Part shown: positions 26,141-42,081 of the stretch, piece after piece
Numbering within the stretch: position 1 is the stretch's first letter
How the letters are laid out: the number at the start of each line of letters is the position of its first letter
Assembly: GCA_028023455.1 (NCBI GenBank)
Contig: JAQFVV010000011.1
Location: 4,898,001-4,962,000, forward strand
Reading direction: 5' to 3'
DNA: 64,000 bases
Source of the DNA: Epiperipatus broadwayi
Taxonomy: Eukaryota; Animalia; Onychophora
Position numbers and translations under genes: made by a program
Notes under the pieces: model-generated
What the model was told of the DNA's origin: nothing
Seen by the model: only the letters and a program-made list of their open reading frames with translations
Database searches by the model: none

Positions 26141-28412
26141 ACACACAGGAAATTAATAACAAACAAAATTTAATAACGACAAAATTAACAATAAGTGATT
26201 ATCAATGATAACTAAATACATTTGGTACTGAACCTCCCAACCAAGTATTATTAACAGCTATATTCATCACTGTGCACACAACAAATAATCCTCTTTATAT
26301 ATATATATATACGCTATTATTGGGTCGAACTCTGACTCTACAGTATATCACTGAAATCTGCTGTGTACAAATTTAACAAGTGCGTATACTCATAGTTCGT
26401 TCGGAGTTCTCTCTATAGAGCCCATTAGGTGCAAAAAAGCAAAATAAGATCTGTGCGATCTGTTTTAGTCCCTAGGCAGCTGTTGGTACCTTTAGAGACA
26501 CGGTCTCTGGGATTTCTTTCCTCAGTGCATGAACTGCCCATTGCTTCCCGACAACTTCTCACTGGCTTCGTTCAGCCTTAGAAGTTCTAACTCCAGTCAG
26601 TTCCAAATACCCAGTACTAACAGCTAACAAAATTCATAACGAACATGCAAGCAAATCTGCAAAAACCAAAAAACCCGCACTTTTCTGAACACACTATTTA
26701 TAACTCTCACTGATTTCCCTTGGGCATGTTGGTTTTAATTCTTGATCACTATCTTATTTCTTCAGATACCAATCAGTCTCTTTTCCCCTCTGAAATTTTT
26801 AATTAGTCTTTTTCGACTTTGATTGTGTTACGCACATAATTCTTATTAGTAAATCTCTCTTATCATTTATAAAGCAGGATTTCTTATTATTTGTTTTATG
26901 CAACTAATTTCTATTGCTTATTTTAAGCAAATATTTCTTATCACTTATATTAAATTCGTTTAACTTTCTTTCAATAACAAGCTACTTAATTTTACTCTCA
27001 TCCGCCTTAACTTTATCTGTTAGCCATCTATTAAAATATATTTTCTTTGCCATATCTCTTTTCTTTTTCTGGAATAACAAATATGTTGTTTACTTCCATA
27101 ATTATTGGGTTTAAATTTAAATATTAGTATGAAACATACCAAGTAGTTGTAAACATTTCATAAATGTACACACTAGGGATATTCTCAGAAAGGAAGATAC
27201 AGATAGCTACTAGTTATGGCAATATGATTAATATTTGGCACAGGTTCCGTCACAAATTGGTAGATTGATTTTGCTCCTCTCATTCGGGAAATGAATCACA
27301 GAATTTCATTCATCAATAAATTAATCTACAGCAGAGTCCACTATTCATTCAATTTTGAGTTATTCATATAAAATACATGAGCAATGACCCACACACCTGC
27401 AAGTCTTTTTATTAATGAAATTAAATAAACTATGATTTGTCTAGGAAGTTCTCTTTCAATATGATACTTAGTGCATTTGGATACCACTGGAAATAAATGA
27501 CATTGTTTTTGGTTTCACATTTTTGACTGGCAAAAAATGATGCCTTTGAGCAAAGACTTTACCTCTGGAAAGAGGAAAAATATCACACAAAGACAGGTGT
27601 AATTAACATCGGCACTTATGTTTTTGTTTTTTTTTTCAAAAAACTAAAAACAGTTTTACAGAGAAACTACTTTTGTAATCTGATCGAATACGAGATCATG
27701 TGACTGGAGCAACTGAGCTGCATTTAGTCACATTATGATATCTTCAAACATTTGTCATGTGTATACCATTTTAGATTAATGAGTAATAGATAAACTTTTT
27801 TTTTCTGTCAAACTTTTTTTTGTTTATTAATTAGTTTATTATCATGTATTTTTATCTTTGCATTTTTTTTTTAATCATTTATGTGAAGTGAAAAAACAAC
27901 AAAACTCAAATATCAATAACTTTATTACTATCTATTTATTTGTAAAAAGCTACTACGAAAATTTATTTCCATATTTAAAGATAAAATGAATTATATATAT
28001 ATCCTCATATAATTGTTATTAATACAATTGAATCAATGTTGAATTCTGACAATCATATGATAGCATTTCTCCAGAATGATCTATCTTTTGTTGGATTTAT
28101 CAGGGAGCTCAAAAGTGCATTCATTATTGTGATAACGGAGTCCATTCACAACAATGTGCTTATTCTCAATCATCAATCTTTCTAAGAATATCACTATTAA
28201 AAAAATGGGTAAATTTCAGCCACATCATTTATGTTTCAAGTGAGAATTCATATCCTATTAGAACTGAAACTCACCGATTATAATCATTAGTAGTGAAGCT
28301 GCAAATGTGAAAACGATCTTAAAAGAATAGAATAAAACATATCTGATATAGTATCGAGTTTTCTTGGCTTTTATCAATGCATCCTCATTTTAATTATATT
28401 GTATCACAACAC

Positions 28413-28668
28413 CTAGTGTGGTTTGGTGCAATTGGTAGTGTCCAACTTGCAATCGAGAGATCACAGGATCGATTTTGACACACTTAGGTCTAGTGCTCAA
28501 ACTTCTTATGAACTCCCGAGCAATAAAGCCATATGCCTCTTTTTACCTTACTAAGTTTGGCATAGTTGGCAGAGCATCTGACTTGGGATTGGGAGGTCCA
28601 AAGATTAATTCTGGCATTCTCAGTTCTGGCATTCAAACTTTTTACGAACTCCCAAGCAATAAAGCCAT
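28413..28668 (+). mobile_element. Two tandem tRNA-derived SINE-like units
   Basis: Units 28413-28532 and 28551-28668 each have A-box/B-box-like heads and a shared tail AAACTT(C/T)TTA(T/C)GAACTCCC(G/A)AGCAATAAAGCCAT. Confidence 0.6.
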
Positions 28669-29199
28669 TAGCATTTTTTTTTTATATCACAATCATCTGA
28701 CCTCAGATCACCCTCAGTCATAATGCATGGAACAAATATCTGAATCTCTATACCCATGTTTGAATCATGTTTAAACTTTAGAGCAATTTATCCACTTATC
28801 AAATTTCAACTTTTTAATTGGTAAAATTCAGTTGATTTTAAAAACAGTAACGTTTTACATGTTAAAATTTATCATAATCTAAATGGCAATATTAAAATAA
28901 ACTACAGCGTCAATATAAAAAAAAGAAAAGATCATATAATACCTTTCTATTAAAATCATTTACTAAATACTTTCAACAGGACAAAACAGTTTAATTATAG
29001 TACACTATTAATTACAACATTTTAGAGTAAAAATAGTCTAGTTAATTTAATATTAGAAATTATTTTGGAATAAAGCTAAATATAATCTATTGTTAAACTT
29101 AATAACAAATATTTGATCACATGAGAAAGCACATTGACTAAACATCAAATACACTCCTGGACCCTTATCAATCCACTATGAAAAGGATTTTTCAAAATT

Positions 29200-29600
29200 A
29201 TTTTGGTATTCTGAATCATACATAGCCTTTGTTTTGACTCTTCACTCCAGAAAACTTTTATTTTATTCAATCATCTTTTTTCTAGATCCCTTACTATCTC
29301 ATGGAATCTAATTTTGAATTTCAAATATCCATCTACTATCATCTTTTCTAGCAATGTATCCAATCATCTCCATTCAACCCCCTAATTCTGTCAAAAAGCT
29401 AACATTATTATTCATGTATTTCACTTCTGATATCATTATGTTCTTATTAATTCTAAGAAATGAGTTATATTTTCCTGTGTTGTCTGAAGTTTCCATATTG
29501 CTTTTCTGTTTAGTGTCAAGTTTCAGAGCCATAAGTAGAATACATTTATTTAAAAACTTTTTTCCTCCAGGTATAAAAGTATATTTTCTTTGAATACTGA
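29200..29600 (-). mobile_element. RTE-clade LINE 3' remnant
   Basis: Minus frames TYGSET*H*TEK and WEMIGYIARKDDSRW...*IP*DSKGSR match the RTE C-terminal TYG.ETW and W..GHIAR..D.RW....W.P motifs. Confidence 0.75.
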
Positions 29601-29807
29601 ATTATTTCTATTGAAAGCACTCTATGCAAGCTTAATCATATTTTTTATTGCTCCATTATACCTTTCTTTAAATTAATAATTTAAGATAATTTAAATTTTT
29701 GAATTCTTTCAATTCATTATTATCGATTTTTATTTTCTTTTATTTACAACTATGATATTATTTTAGTTACATTTATATTAGAAAGTGTATGTTTGTGTAT
29801 ATATATA

Positions 29808-31400
29808 ATGAGACAGTTATGTGTCTCATGGCATACAATGACCTAGTAGTGTGTGTGCACATACGTATATAAAGTCGAAAGGAAAAGTAGAAACAAACAC
29901 AAATACTTTTTATAGATATTTTCTATATTACACTGAAATAACAGTTAAAGATTAAATAATTTTGAATTTAAAATTTTATTATAAATTAAACATTTAAAAA
30001 AGTGTAATTAATATTTTATTAACTCTGATATTGAAATTAAAACAATATATTACAATAGATATACTGGTAATTATAAAATTCTATTATTTATTTTGATTAG
30101 CAAATTTTTTTTGGAATTAATGCTTGCATAACATACTTTGATAAAATTCCACAAAGTTGCTTTTCAAAGGATTAAGTTGAATTGAAAAATAATCATTAGC
30201 TTTTTCTAATCAAGATAGGAAACACTTATTTTTAAACACTATTTTTCCCCCACCCTGGCTATAAAAGATTGGAAAAAAGATTAGAGTTTTACAGATTATA
30301 AAGTTACCGTGAAATTATAACTGAAGACAAGACAGAAGATCCAATTGCTTTAACTATTGTAACAATGGTCATTTGGATTCACATGGAAGCAAGGCACAGC
30401 TTGTGTGTTCTCCATGGTCCGTATATATATGTATATTAGACAGCATAGAGACTGAAAACAGCTCATCACAAGCCAGCAATTATCTGGATTATACCTTCCT
30501 GGTGATGACAGGAAGGCAGTCTACTGTTTATAAGGGACCAGTTTATCCAGAGTTCATCAGCTTGCTGAAGAATTAGTTTATATGTATAGTTTTATCTGTA
30601 TGTGGGGGGGGGGGCACAGATGGGGTATTGCATCATATATATAAAGTTACAGTTAGTGAGTTATTTTAAATAATTTCTTTAGTGAAAATGACATTGTAAT
30701 TTTTTAAATGACAAAATTTTTTTTATGTAAATAATTTTATTCAACAAAGAGGTATTTCCAGTATATTTTATTAACAAAGAAAAACTACCAAGAATCTTTC
30801 TAAATTGGGTGGGGGGCAAGAACTAGCTGAAGTATTTTTTAAGACATTTATAATTAATCAAGAATAACCTGCCAAAGATGTTACATTACTTATCGTTAAA
30901 AAAAAATTTTTTTATAAAAGACTGTCAAAGAATTAATATATTTTTTAAAAATAATAAAAAGAAAAACTTTTTTTTTATCATTAGATAAGAAATCTATTAA
31001 TAACTTTGATTCATTCTATTATTTATATATATACTTGTGTGCATTTATGTATTATTATTAAAAACAAACTGAATTTTTTTATATCTATGACAATTCAAAT
31101 ATTTTCATAAATTATTATATCGCATGTCTGTGTGCTCATACATGTGTGCATTTTGTTTTTTGACATTGAATTAATTGTGTATTAAGAAAATATAATAGGG
31201 TATATTAGATTTTTTTTTTTATAAATGCCAGTATGCATAGTTAGTTCCATGTGCACATATATACATAATAAATCAACCATTGTTAGTCTATCATTAAAAT
31301 ATGATAGCTTTTTATCATTATATGACAATTCCCATATATTACAAAACATGTGTCATATGTAATAGATATATATGTTAAATCAGTCATTATTCCCATGACA
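29808..31400 (+). repeat. Copy A of an unclassified repeat family (head-to-tail with copy B)
   Basis: Starts with hairpin ATGAGACA-GTTATG-TGTCTCAT and is colinear with 31407-32870. Confidence 0.85.
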
Positions 31401-31406
31401 TGGATT

Positions 31407-33685
31407 ATGAGACAGTTATGTGTCTCATGGCTTACAACATAGTAGTGTGTGTAAGTATATATATAAAGTTGAAAGGAAATGTAGAAATAAACACAAACAT
31501 TTATTATAGATATTTTCTATATTATATTGGAATGATAGTAAGGATTAAATAATTTTGAATTTAAAAATTTTGGTCTAATTAATATTTTATTAATTCTGAT
31601 TTTGAAATTAAAACAAGCATGTTTTTATGCTACAATAGATATAATGATAATTATAAAATTCCACTATCTATTTTGATTAGCAATTTTTTTTTGTATTTAA
31701 TGCTTTTATAACATGTTTTGATAAAATTCCACATAGTTGTTTTTCAATGGATTAAATAGAATTAAAAAAAATCATTAACTTTTTCAATCAAGACAGGGAA
31801 AAATTTTTAATTGCTGTATTCCCTCCCCCCAATCCTGACTATAAAAGGTTGGAATTATTTTTTTTAGTTTTACAGATTATGGCAATTGCCATGAAATTAT
31901 AATTGAAGGCAAAACATTCATATGGAAGTAAGGCCCAGCTTTTCTGTGTCCTCTATAGCCTGTATATATGTGTGACTAAAGGAAGTTCACTGCAGGCCAT
32001 GTTACCTGGATTACACCATTCTCGATGATGCCAAAAAGCCAGTGCACTGTTTAGAAGTGACCAGCTTAGCCAGAGAGTCCATCAGCTTGCTGAAGAATTA
32101 GTTTATATGTATACTGTTTTATCTATATATAGAGGGGCACAGATAATAGGGTACTGCATCATATATATATAAAGTAAAACTGGCGAGTTATTTTAAATAA
32201 AAATGATAGTTGTAATTTTTTAAATTACAAAATATTTTTTAGGAAATAATTTTATTTAATCAAAAGGAAATGTATTTTCAGTATATTTTATTAATAAAAG
32301 AAAACTACAAACATTTTTCTAGAATAGAAGGGGGGGGGGCAGGCTGGAATATTTTTTAAAAAGATGTTTATAATTAATTAAGAGTAACCTGTCAAAGATG
32401 TGATAGTACTTTTTTTAAAAAAAGAAAAAAATAAAAACTTTTTTTTTTACCATTAGATAAAGAATATATTAATAACTTTGATTCATACTATTATTTTTAT
32501 ATATACACACTTACATGTGCACTTATGTATTATTAAAAATGAATTGAATTTTTTATAAGTCTATGACAATTCAATTATGTTCATATATTATACCGCATAC
32601 CTGCATGATTATATGTGCATTTTATATTTTTTGACATTGAATTATTGTGCATTAATATGGTTTATTAGATTTATTTTTTTAATAAATGCCGGTGTGTGCA
32701 CACAGTTCCATGCGCACATACATATATGTTAAATCAGTCATTATTTATGTTTCATTAAAATTGGATAGCTTTTTTTTTATCATTATATGACAATTCCTAT
32801 ATGTTACAGCATGTCTGTGTGCTAATGTAGATGAGTGTCATGTAGACACATATGTTAAATCAATCATTATAATTATAAAAATGAATTTCATTTGTAGGTT
32901 TATGACAATTCAAATATGTTCATAAATTATTATACTGCATATCGGTGTGCTGATATATAGGTGTTTTATGTAAACCTATTAGAACATATATGTAAATTAT
33001 AATGTAATAGTGGATTTCTTTTTGCTATTAGTTGAAATCAGAGGGCTTAATTTAAATATATAACCATATTCAGCAGCCCTTAGTTTAATTTAAATGCTAC
33101 TAATAAATTGATATATCATTGTTAAAGTTATTCCAGTGAATTTATTCAACCTAAATAGCTTTAGAATATTATGTTAGGATTATATCTCTTGTTCACAATA
33201 ACAGTTATAGAGCTTTTGTTCTCTGTCTGAGCTAAATTCATGCACAATGCTCTGTTATACAAAAAGGGTATATATTTAGTGTTTATATGGACATTCAGTT
33301 AATGATGATCCTGATTGGCACAAAGGGTATAACCTTTAAAGTCCACGCACTAATTTTATTTAGTTCAGTATTTATTAGAAATTAAATTTATAGTTGACCA
33401 GTATATTAAAGGTACTAAGTGGCCAGAGCATTGACGATGATCATCATGTTTTAGTATCCCTGCATTATTGTTTTTTTGTTATATATTCTGATGGATTAGC
33501 ACTTAAATTTGTGTTATCCAAATTAATGTTAAATGATCTGCCCCAAGCTGGCAAGGATTAAATAATTAGCCTGGTCTATAGCAGACCCATTTCAAATCCA
33601 GTCACAAGATTGACTGTTCATTTATTTTTTACTGTTGCTCATTCATGATGATGATGAATGATTATTACTTTTGTGTAATGCTGGA
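31407..33685 (+). repeat. Copy B of the same family (~2.3 kb, internal ATGACAATTC subrepeats)
   Basis: Same terminal hairpin at 31407-31428; colinear with A and, inverted, with 38935-41335. Confidence 0.85.
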
Positions 33686-33989
33686 GTACTTATAATTAAG
33701 TTACTTATAGTGAGTTTTGTGTTGAGATTAAGATTCATGCAACTGTTGCACCAGAGATAATCAAGATGCCTTTAGCCAATGCATAAGTCAACAATTTTAT
33801 AATCAAAGAACGGTTTTATGCTATGATTAGAGAGGATCTCAATTATCTACTGTAATAATGGCACAAGTTTTAATCTCAAAATATTATATATTATATATTT
33901 AGTACTGACGTATTTTAAATTACACATGTATATAAGTACTTACTCCAAGATAAACATAAAATTATATTCCATGAGATTGTGTGGATAAT

Positions 33990-36110
33990 CAACACATTAA
34001 AATTTAAAAACTGCTAAGCCAGGTTTTATATGCAAAGCATCTTTATTAAAGATTTGATAATTGAATATTAATCTTCATAGCATCATCACATAACCTAATC
34101 ACTGTTTTTCCATTTTATAAATATTCTTCAGAATAGGACAATATCTTGGGTCTACATCTTGCCAAATTAAAGCTTTAAACACTGTGGAAGTGTTTATAGA
34201 ATAAATGACTTTTCATAATCTACAAATTCATAGCATAATGGCAACTCATTTTCATTGGTTCTTTCTATAACTTCTCTAAATACTTGGATCTGATTCACTC
34301 TGCAGATCACTTTTAATTATAGACTATTTTTTTTGCTCGGTTAAAATCCAAAATTCATTGTAAATAAGTTGTAATTATTTTGTTTCCAATTTAACATAGA
34401 ACTGATAGGATTGGTAGTCCATAATTTTAATATAACTTCTTTATTATCTTTCTTAAATATGAATTACTACTGCATTCTTCCAATTATCTGGCACAACTAT
34501 GCACGTTAGACATTTAATATATAACTTCACCAGCAATTTTCCTTATTTCTTCACCTCTTTTCTTTTAAGATATCAATAATAATTCCATGATTTACTGGAC
34601 TTTTTCTTTTCATTACAGATCTAATTACATGATTCAATTTTTCATTTAAAATACTGTCAATTTAAAAAATATAAAAATTATAGGAAATTCTTTGTTGTTT
34701 TTTTTTTTTTTTTGGTTATTTATTACTGCATAATTCTTTATAGAACTCTTCCACATATTTCAAAACGTCATCTCTCTTTTTAATAATAGTTCTTTCTTTT
34801 CTTCTTATTACTTGCTTTACATTTTTGAACCGTTCATTCTTTTCTACAGCATTCTTTGCCAATTTTTATATCATTATAAATTTTTTTTCATATCATTTTG
34901 CAGAACTCTGGATATTCAATTCTTCTTTGCGTTATTGCACTATCTATCTTTCTTAGTATATTAGCTATCCGCTTGATTGATATTAGTAAAGTCTGAACAA
35001 TTTTCAAAGCCTATTAATATTTTAAAATGATTTGTAAGCTCTAATTTAAATGTTTCTGAAAGTTAGGAATATCAATTGTTAATACTATTTTCTTAATAGT
35101 TTTTGCCTTTCTAGTTTTTCAGTAATCATATCTTTATGTCTCATTAATCAATAATCACTTCCTGTATTGAATCTATTATGAACATTACAATCTTGGAATA
35201 TATATTTTCTGCTAATCAAAATATAATCCTATTCTGCTGTATCTTCATTTGGATGCTTCCATATTTACAATTTTTTTCAAAGAAAGAAATTCATAATATA
35301 CAGTTTTTCTTTTTCTGTGATCTTCACAAGTCTGACATACTATCTAATTTCTAGCCCCAATACTTTCATCTTTCAAGCATTTACCAATTTCAGCATTAAA
35401 GTCTCCCATGATAATTTTAAAATGACTAGTCTGATCAAAAGTAATTTGTACATCTATATAAAAATCTCCTATTTCTTCATCTCAATGGGAACTTATTGGA
35501 CAGAAATTTGAATTTCTGCACTTGATATCTTCCATTAATTTAAATAACTAATCTTATCACTCTGTCTGATAGATCAATAATCTCCACATGGTTGTTATTT
35601 CATTTTTTATTTATGATCAATTCCCCCATTTGTGCTTTTATGTTCACTTTTCAAACCAATTGTCTCTAAACTATTTCTTCTAATTTCACAAAGTCCAATA
35701 ATGTTCCATTTGATATTAATTAGGTGGCTGTTACAATTTGTGCAATCTTCCTTCACTTGAAAGTAATCTGCAGTTGTAGGTATGTAAATAAATGATCATC
35801 ATTGAATGGTAACCTGAGTCTACAATCAGAGATCCTTAGTATTCTCTGCTTCGATCACTATCCAGTGCATTGACTAGTGATTTTAGTCTCCTGGGAATAA
35901 AGCCCGTAATTTAATTTTGTCTATCATGATTGTAAATACTTATTAAAGAAAGAAGTCATTCTCATACACATTCATACTGCCTTCAAAAAAACTCAATTGA
36001 TATTTCAGTTAAAAACTATCAGGCAACTGAGAAAAAAGATCACACTATTTCTTGATGTTGAAATCAGAGGTAAAAAGCAACATACTCACTATGCTGGTTA
36101 ATGCATGTTA
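33990..36110 (-). mobile_element. RTE-clade LINE remnant (5' region, APE, RT N-half)
   Basis: Minus frames KWNIIGLCEIRR, EIGDFY...IIMGDFNAEIG and ENELPLCYEFVDYEKSF; 35890-36110 is homologous to 51530-51730. Confidence 0.85.
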
Positions 36111-37351
36111 GTGAATAGTCCATCCATATTCGGTTATTATATAAATAAACAGATAGTAATAACAGCTACAAGAACATATAAAGTGAACATTTAGTAATTT
36201 GCTCTGCTTAGTGCTTTTAAGATCTCAAAAAAAAAATCTAAGAGTCTCCTTTTACTTAAACTCTTTTCTATACCCAACTTCTACGTACATATATATAAAG
36301 ATTTATTTAAAGTTTCAGTTATACAAAGAACAAATGCTAATTACATTTCTATAATGTATTTTATACAGACATAAATTAAAAGGTGATAAAGAGCTTATGC
36401 TATTTAAGCAACATATGTTTTACTAAAAACTGTTTCTTTTTTAAAACACTAAAGTGTAGTGTAATGGAATATTTAATTTGAAATTCAATTTTAAAAAAAA
36501 GATTGTGAATATTTCGTATAAAATGAATCAGTCAAATTCCACAGCAGTCTTCTGAATTTATTTTCTTTAGCAGAAACTAATATGAATGTATATATGTGCA
36601 ATTGGCAAGAAACGCTGCCTTATGAAAGTTATTACACAAAATGACTAGAAATAAATAATTACATAACAACACGAATTGTATTACCTTTCTCAAAACTCAT
36701 TTCAATCTGAATTCGTCATCTTGAACGTATTTCATCATATATCAACCTACCCATAATAAAACTACCGATATTGCATTCCCCAACATGGGGGTAACCAAAG
36801 AAGTGGATATAATTTTTAATTCTGAAGTATTCTATTATATATTATTAACTATGCATAATTTACATATATGCTAATTAAGCATAACTGTTAATATTATAGC
36901 TTTCTATGAAAAGCAAATGCCAATGTCTGGAAATGCAAAGAATGTTTATTAATTATTGCTTACAAATATCAAGTTACGATTTAATAATTATAAATTTTTG
37001 TTAGAATAAGTTAATTGCATATCCCTCCTTTATTTACCTATTTCCCATTAATTCTGAAAATAAATGAATATTTTAATTACTCAAATAATCATGGCATGAA
37101 TAGTTTTTTTTTTGTTTTTTTTTCCTATTCTTATCATGAAAATAATAACCAAATACTGCCCTGTGTGATTTTGGTAGGATGGAAAAAATCTAAAGTTTAA
37201 GGTTCATGGACCATGACCAGCTCTGTGCACTTCAACTAATCAAACTTTTTATTAACTTCCAAACAATAATCATGTGATTATTTATTATCTCATAATGAAA
37301 GCATGTGCCATATTTCATAAATGTATAAATTGCTATGTTTGTCAATTATTA

Positions 37352-37621
<270 letters not shown>

Positions 37622-37672
37622 CTAAAAAAATATATTACAAAAACTTTAAAGTACATATTTGTAATCTTTTCA

Positions 37673-37828
<156 letters not shown>

Positions 37829-38934
37829 TTAAACAGTGAATGCATCACGATTAATTTAAAATTTTGTACTTAATTAAATACGAGATATAATGGACAATTT
37901 CCCTATATGAAATGAAGTTTATAAAAGCAATAAATTTTAATAATTTAATAACATTGATTTATAACTTATTAATTTTTATTTTTATTTTTTTTATCTCAAA
38001 TATAGTTCATTATGATCAAAGGATAATTTCTTCCTCCCCATCCCAAAAAGGGTGGTGGCAGCTGTGAATCCAGTTTAATAGCATAACCATTATGCCATGA
38101 AACTGTATATTTATATTTCTAATCTTTTAAAGATATAGTAAAATATTGTTAATCTAATGAAAACAATAAATAAATAAAATTTCACAACATACAAGATGAA
38201 AGTTTAATTTTTTACATGGAAGATTAGTAATTATGTCAGATTTGATAAATCTAAATATACCAGTAATTAATCCATCCAAAAGAGCAAGTTAATCTGAACA
38301 TTTAATAGCTAGTAAATGTCTTTTTTTTTTTTATTACATGGTATTTTAATCTGTAAATTCTATATTAAAATCGATTACTACATAATCCTTTAAAATATAA
38401 TTCGTTTTTTTTTTTTTTAAATATCAAACCAAAAAGTCTATCATGCAATTTTGAAAATAATCTAATGTGAGAAATGAGCTTTCACAAATATTTAAAAAAT
38501 AAATGAAAATATATCTTGGAAATAATTTGTTTTTTAAAAAAATCAGCCAAAGATTTATAATAAGTTTTTAAAAAAACTACTAGATGTCACTGCAAAATAA
38601 AAAGTTTGATCAATAAATGATAGATTATGTTATTTACAAATTGAATTTTTTAATTTGCAATTTTTAACATATTTTTCTTATTAAGATTTATGGAGAAAAA
38701 AAAAAGTTATGCATACATATGAAGAGCACTGTTGCTTAATATATTGTAGTGTGATGGGTTTTTTTAACCCATCAGAGATCTGATGAATTGTTTGGTTATC
38801 CTCAAGTACAAAAAAAATATTTAAATTTAATGTCAAAAGGATGAGCATCATAGATCACTTTGAAATCTCTTGAGACCAGCCAGCTAACTCCTTAGAGTAA
38901 GTATACACCATCAGCATTATCCATAAGTAAAGTA

Positions 38935-41335
38935 AACATAATACTCAAAAGTAATAACCATTCATCATAAATGATTCATCAGAATACATCAATACAATAA
39001 ATCAACAGTCCATCTTGTGGCTAAATTTGAAATGGGTCTACTGTAGACCAGGTCAACTATTGAGCCTTTGCTAGCTTGGAGCAGTTATTTAAACCATTAA
39101 TTTGGAAACACAAACTTAAGTGCTAATTCTTCAGAATATACAACCATAAAAACAATAATGCTGGGATATTAAAACATGCTGATCATCATCAATGCTCTGA
39201 CCAATTAGTACCATTAATGTACTGGCCAACTATAAACATAATTTCTAATAAGACTAAACTAAATAAAATCTAGTGCATGGGCTTTAAAGAATATAATTTC
39301 AGTACAAATCAGAATATATATAAATCACACTGGATCCCCTTAAGCACTAAATACATCTCCATTCATATAATCAGACTGTTATGCACAAATCTAGTTCAGA
39401 GAACATAAGCTCTATCACTGTATTGTGATCAAGAGATGATGCAATACATATCATAAAAATATTTGGAATCAAGTTCACTGGAATAATTTTTATAATAAAA
39501 TACATGTTTATTAATAACAAAAAAAAAAAAATGAAATTAAGATTTTTGGCTTTCGGCTATACACTTAAAAGCCTTCTGATTTTGATTAATATACAATTAA
39601 AAAAATCTATCACATTGTGATTTACATGATTAATATGCACAATTCAAGTTATTACATTATTACATATATGTTCCATATAAGCGCACAGACGCACGTTTTC
39701 GTATTAAATGAACATATTTCAATTGACATTTAAAATACAATAATGATTATCATTTTAACTTAAATGATAAAAATATCTTATATCAAGTTATATCGCACCG
39801 ATATGCAGTGGAATTTATTATTTAATATAAAATATTTGAATTGTCATAATCTATAAATGAAATTCAGTTTTATACATATTCAATAACATATTTAACATAC
39901 ATGTGTGTGCATATTAAATTGCAGGCACACACTCATGTCTACATCATATATTTCATTTTTGTCACAATAAAGTTATTAATTTTAAAATATGTAATTAATT
40001 CTTAATTTAACATATATGTTGTGCACATAAGAATGTACGTGCACATTGACGCTTATATATTTTAATTTATCACAAATATTTTTATAATTAATCCAATATT
40101 GAAAGTATATAAAAAATGATTCATATTATTTAATTCTTTGACAGTCCATATTTTCTTTTTATAAACATCTTTAATAATATTTCAGCAGCTTCTTTTGTTT
40201 TTTTATTTTCTAATCTAAGAAGATTGTTGAAATCTGTTCCTTTTAAAATATAAATTTTTAAATAATATTGTTCTATATATGTTGTACGATCACAAGTTGA
40301 TTTTTAATTATAATGTTTTTTAAAATGATTTTAACATAATATTGTTCTATATATGTCACTTTTAAATTTTTAATTCAAGCAAAATTATTACTTGCATTTC
40401 AAGTTATATTTTTAAATGTCATTTTAAGAACTATTACAATAACTCACATTACATATATGTGACACAATGTGTTTATCTGTGGTTCTTTGCATGCATAGAT
40501 AAACAATAGCATACGTATACCAACTTTTTTGGCAAGCTGATGGGTGTCATCATTATGGCAGGCATAATCCAGGCAATAGTCAGCATCAGAAAGGCATAAT
40601 CAGATATGTTGGCATTTAATCACTTCCTTTTAGTCTAGGTTTGATAAGCTTCAGTCCAGTAAGCTGTTTTCTAGAACATATTTGTACAGGTTGATTGATC
40701 AATTAGAAGTGAGTCTGGCTTCATATGAATCAAAAATCCAATATGTAGAGCTAGTGGACCGTTGCTGAATCTACTGGCTTGACTTCAACTACATCTTTAT
40801 GGGAGCTATTTTTTATAAATCTCCAAATACCAACTACTACCAGCCAACTGCTTCTCAAAATATTAAAACCAAACTAAAAAACAGACTGATCTAATCTCTT
40901 TATCAACTCTTTTTATGTCATCTGAAGTGATAAAAACACATTTTAAAATTGTTTTCTTCTTATCTCTCTTAATTAAGAACAATTTTAATCCCTCCAAAAG
41001 CACTTTTAATTCAAAAGCTACAGTTGGAAATCTTATCAAAGATTTTTAAAAATAAATAATAGACATTTTCACAGTTCTATTTTATGCTTGCTTTTTTTAA
41101 ATTTCAAAATCAGAATACAATATTAATATTTATTAGCCCTTTTTAAATCTTTATTTCATAATAAAATTTTATTTTAAATCCAAGATTATTTAACCCTTTA
41201 TAGTTATTATTCCAGGAAGCTAGAAAATATCTACTAAAATTTTTGTCTGTGTTTATTTCGACTTTTCCTTTCAACTTTATATATATTTGTGCATACACAC
41301 TATGCTATGGTGTGTTATATAACAGAACTGTTATA
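38935..41335 (-). repeat. Copy C of the same family, inverted relative to A/B
   Basis: 41260-41300 reverse complement ATATATAAAGTTGAAAGGAAAAGTCGAAATAAACAC matches 29870/31460; 39007-39090 matches 33540-33620; 39190-39235 matches 33390-33450. Confidence 0.85.
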
Positions 41336-42081
41336 ATATGGAGCACTTATATATACTATATCCAAAACCTGGAGTTTGAATCTAGATGAAAAATAACATT
41401 TATTCAGGCTCCAAACAAGCTTAATGTTTTCCTTCATGTTGGATAGCCCAAAGCCAACTCATTTAACCATTCAATCAATGGTCAGTAAGTGGATATCATA
41501 CTGAAATTGATTAATTTATTATGGTCTTCTTGACTAATCTTTTGTGAAGTGATATTGAGAGGCCTTTGCCCTGCAGTATGCTATTTCTCCTATATATTTA
41601 TATCATTTTTGATAGTCAATTATCAAACTTTAAATTATTCATAATATGTCTTTTTTATAAAATTTAAAATTTTGATCAATTTTATACAAAAATGATAATA
41701 GAAAACTTGTTTAAATAAAATGTTTTCATCATAACTAGTTTTTAATTGTAATTAGTTTTTAATTTTTATAGAAATTTTTTCAGGTATCTCATAAAGAACA
41801 AATTAATTTTATTTAAATTTAAAATAGTCTATTATCAATTTTACACTAAGTTGATCAATATTGTATAATTACAAAATAGAAATAAATATAATTCATTATG
41901 ATGTTTTTTGCATAATATATAAATAAACAAATCTGAAAAAGATTATACTATAATAAATATTCATTATTTAATATGAAAAAGCCAAGATATTACTTTCCTC
42001 ATTATAATATATTTTATTTTGAACATATATATGTTATACTGAGAAGGAGAATAAATCATTATCAAAAGAACCTCTTTTTTT

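Noticed and set aside
41190-41202. piggyBac-like end TTAACCCTTT (also AAAGGGTTAA near 5525)
   Set aside because: The 41190 site is internal to repeat copy C and not conserved in A/B; no matching partner end was found for either.
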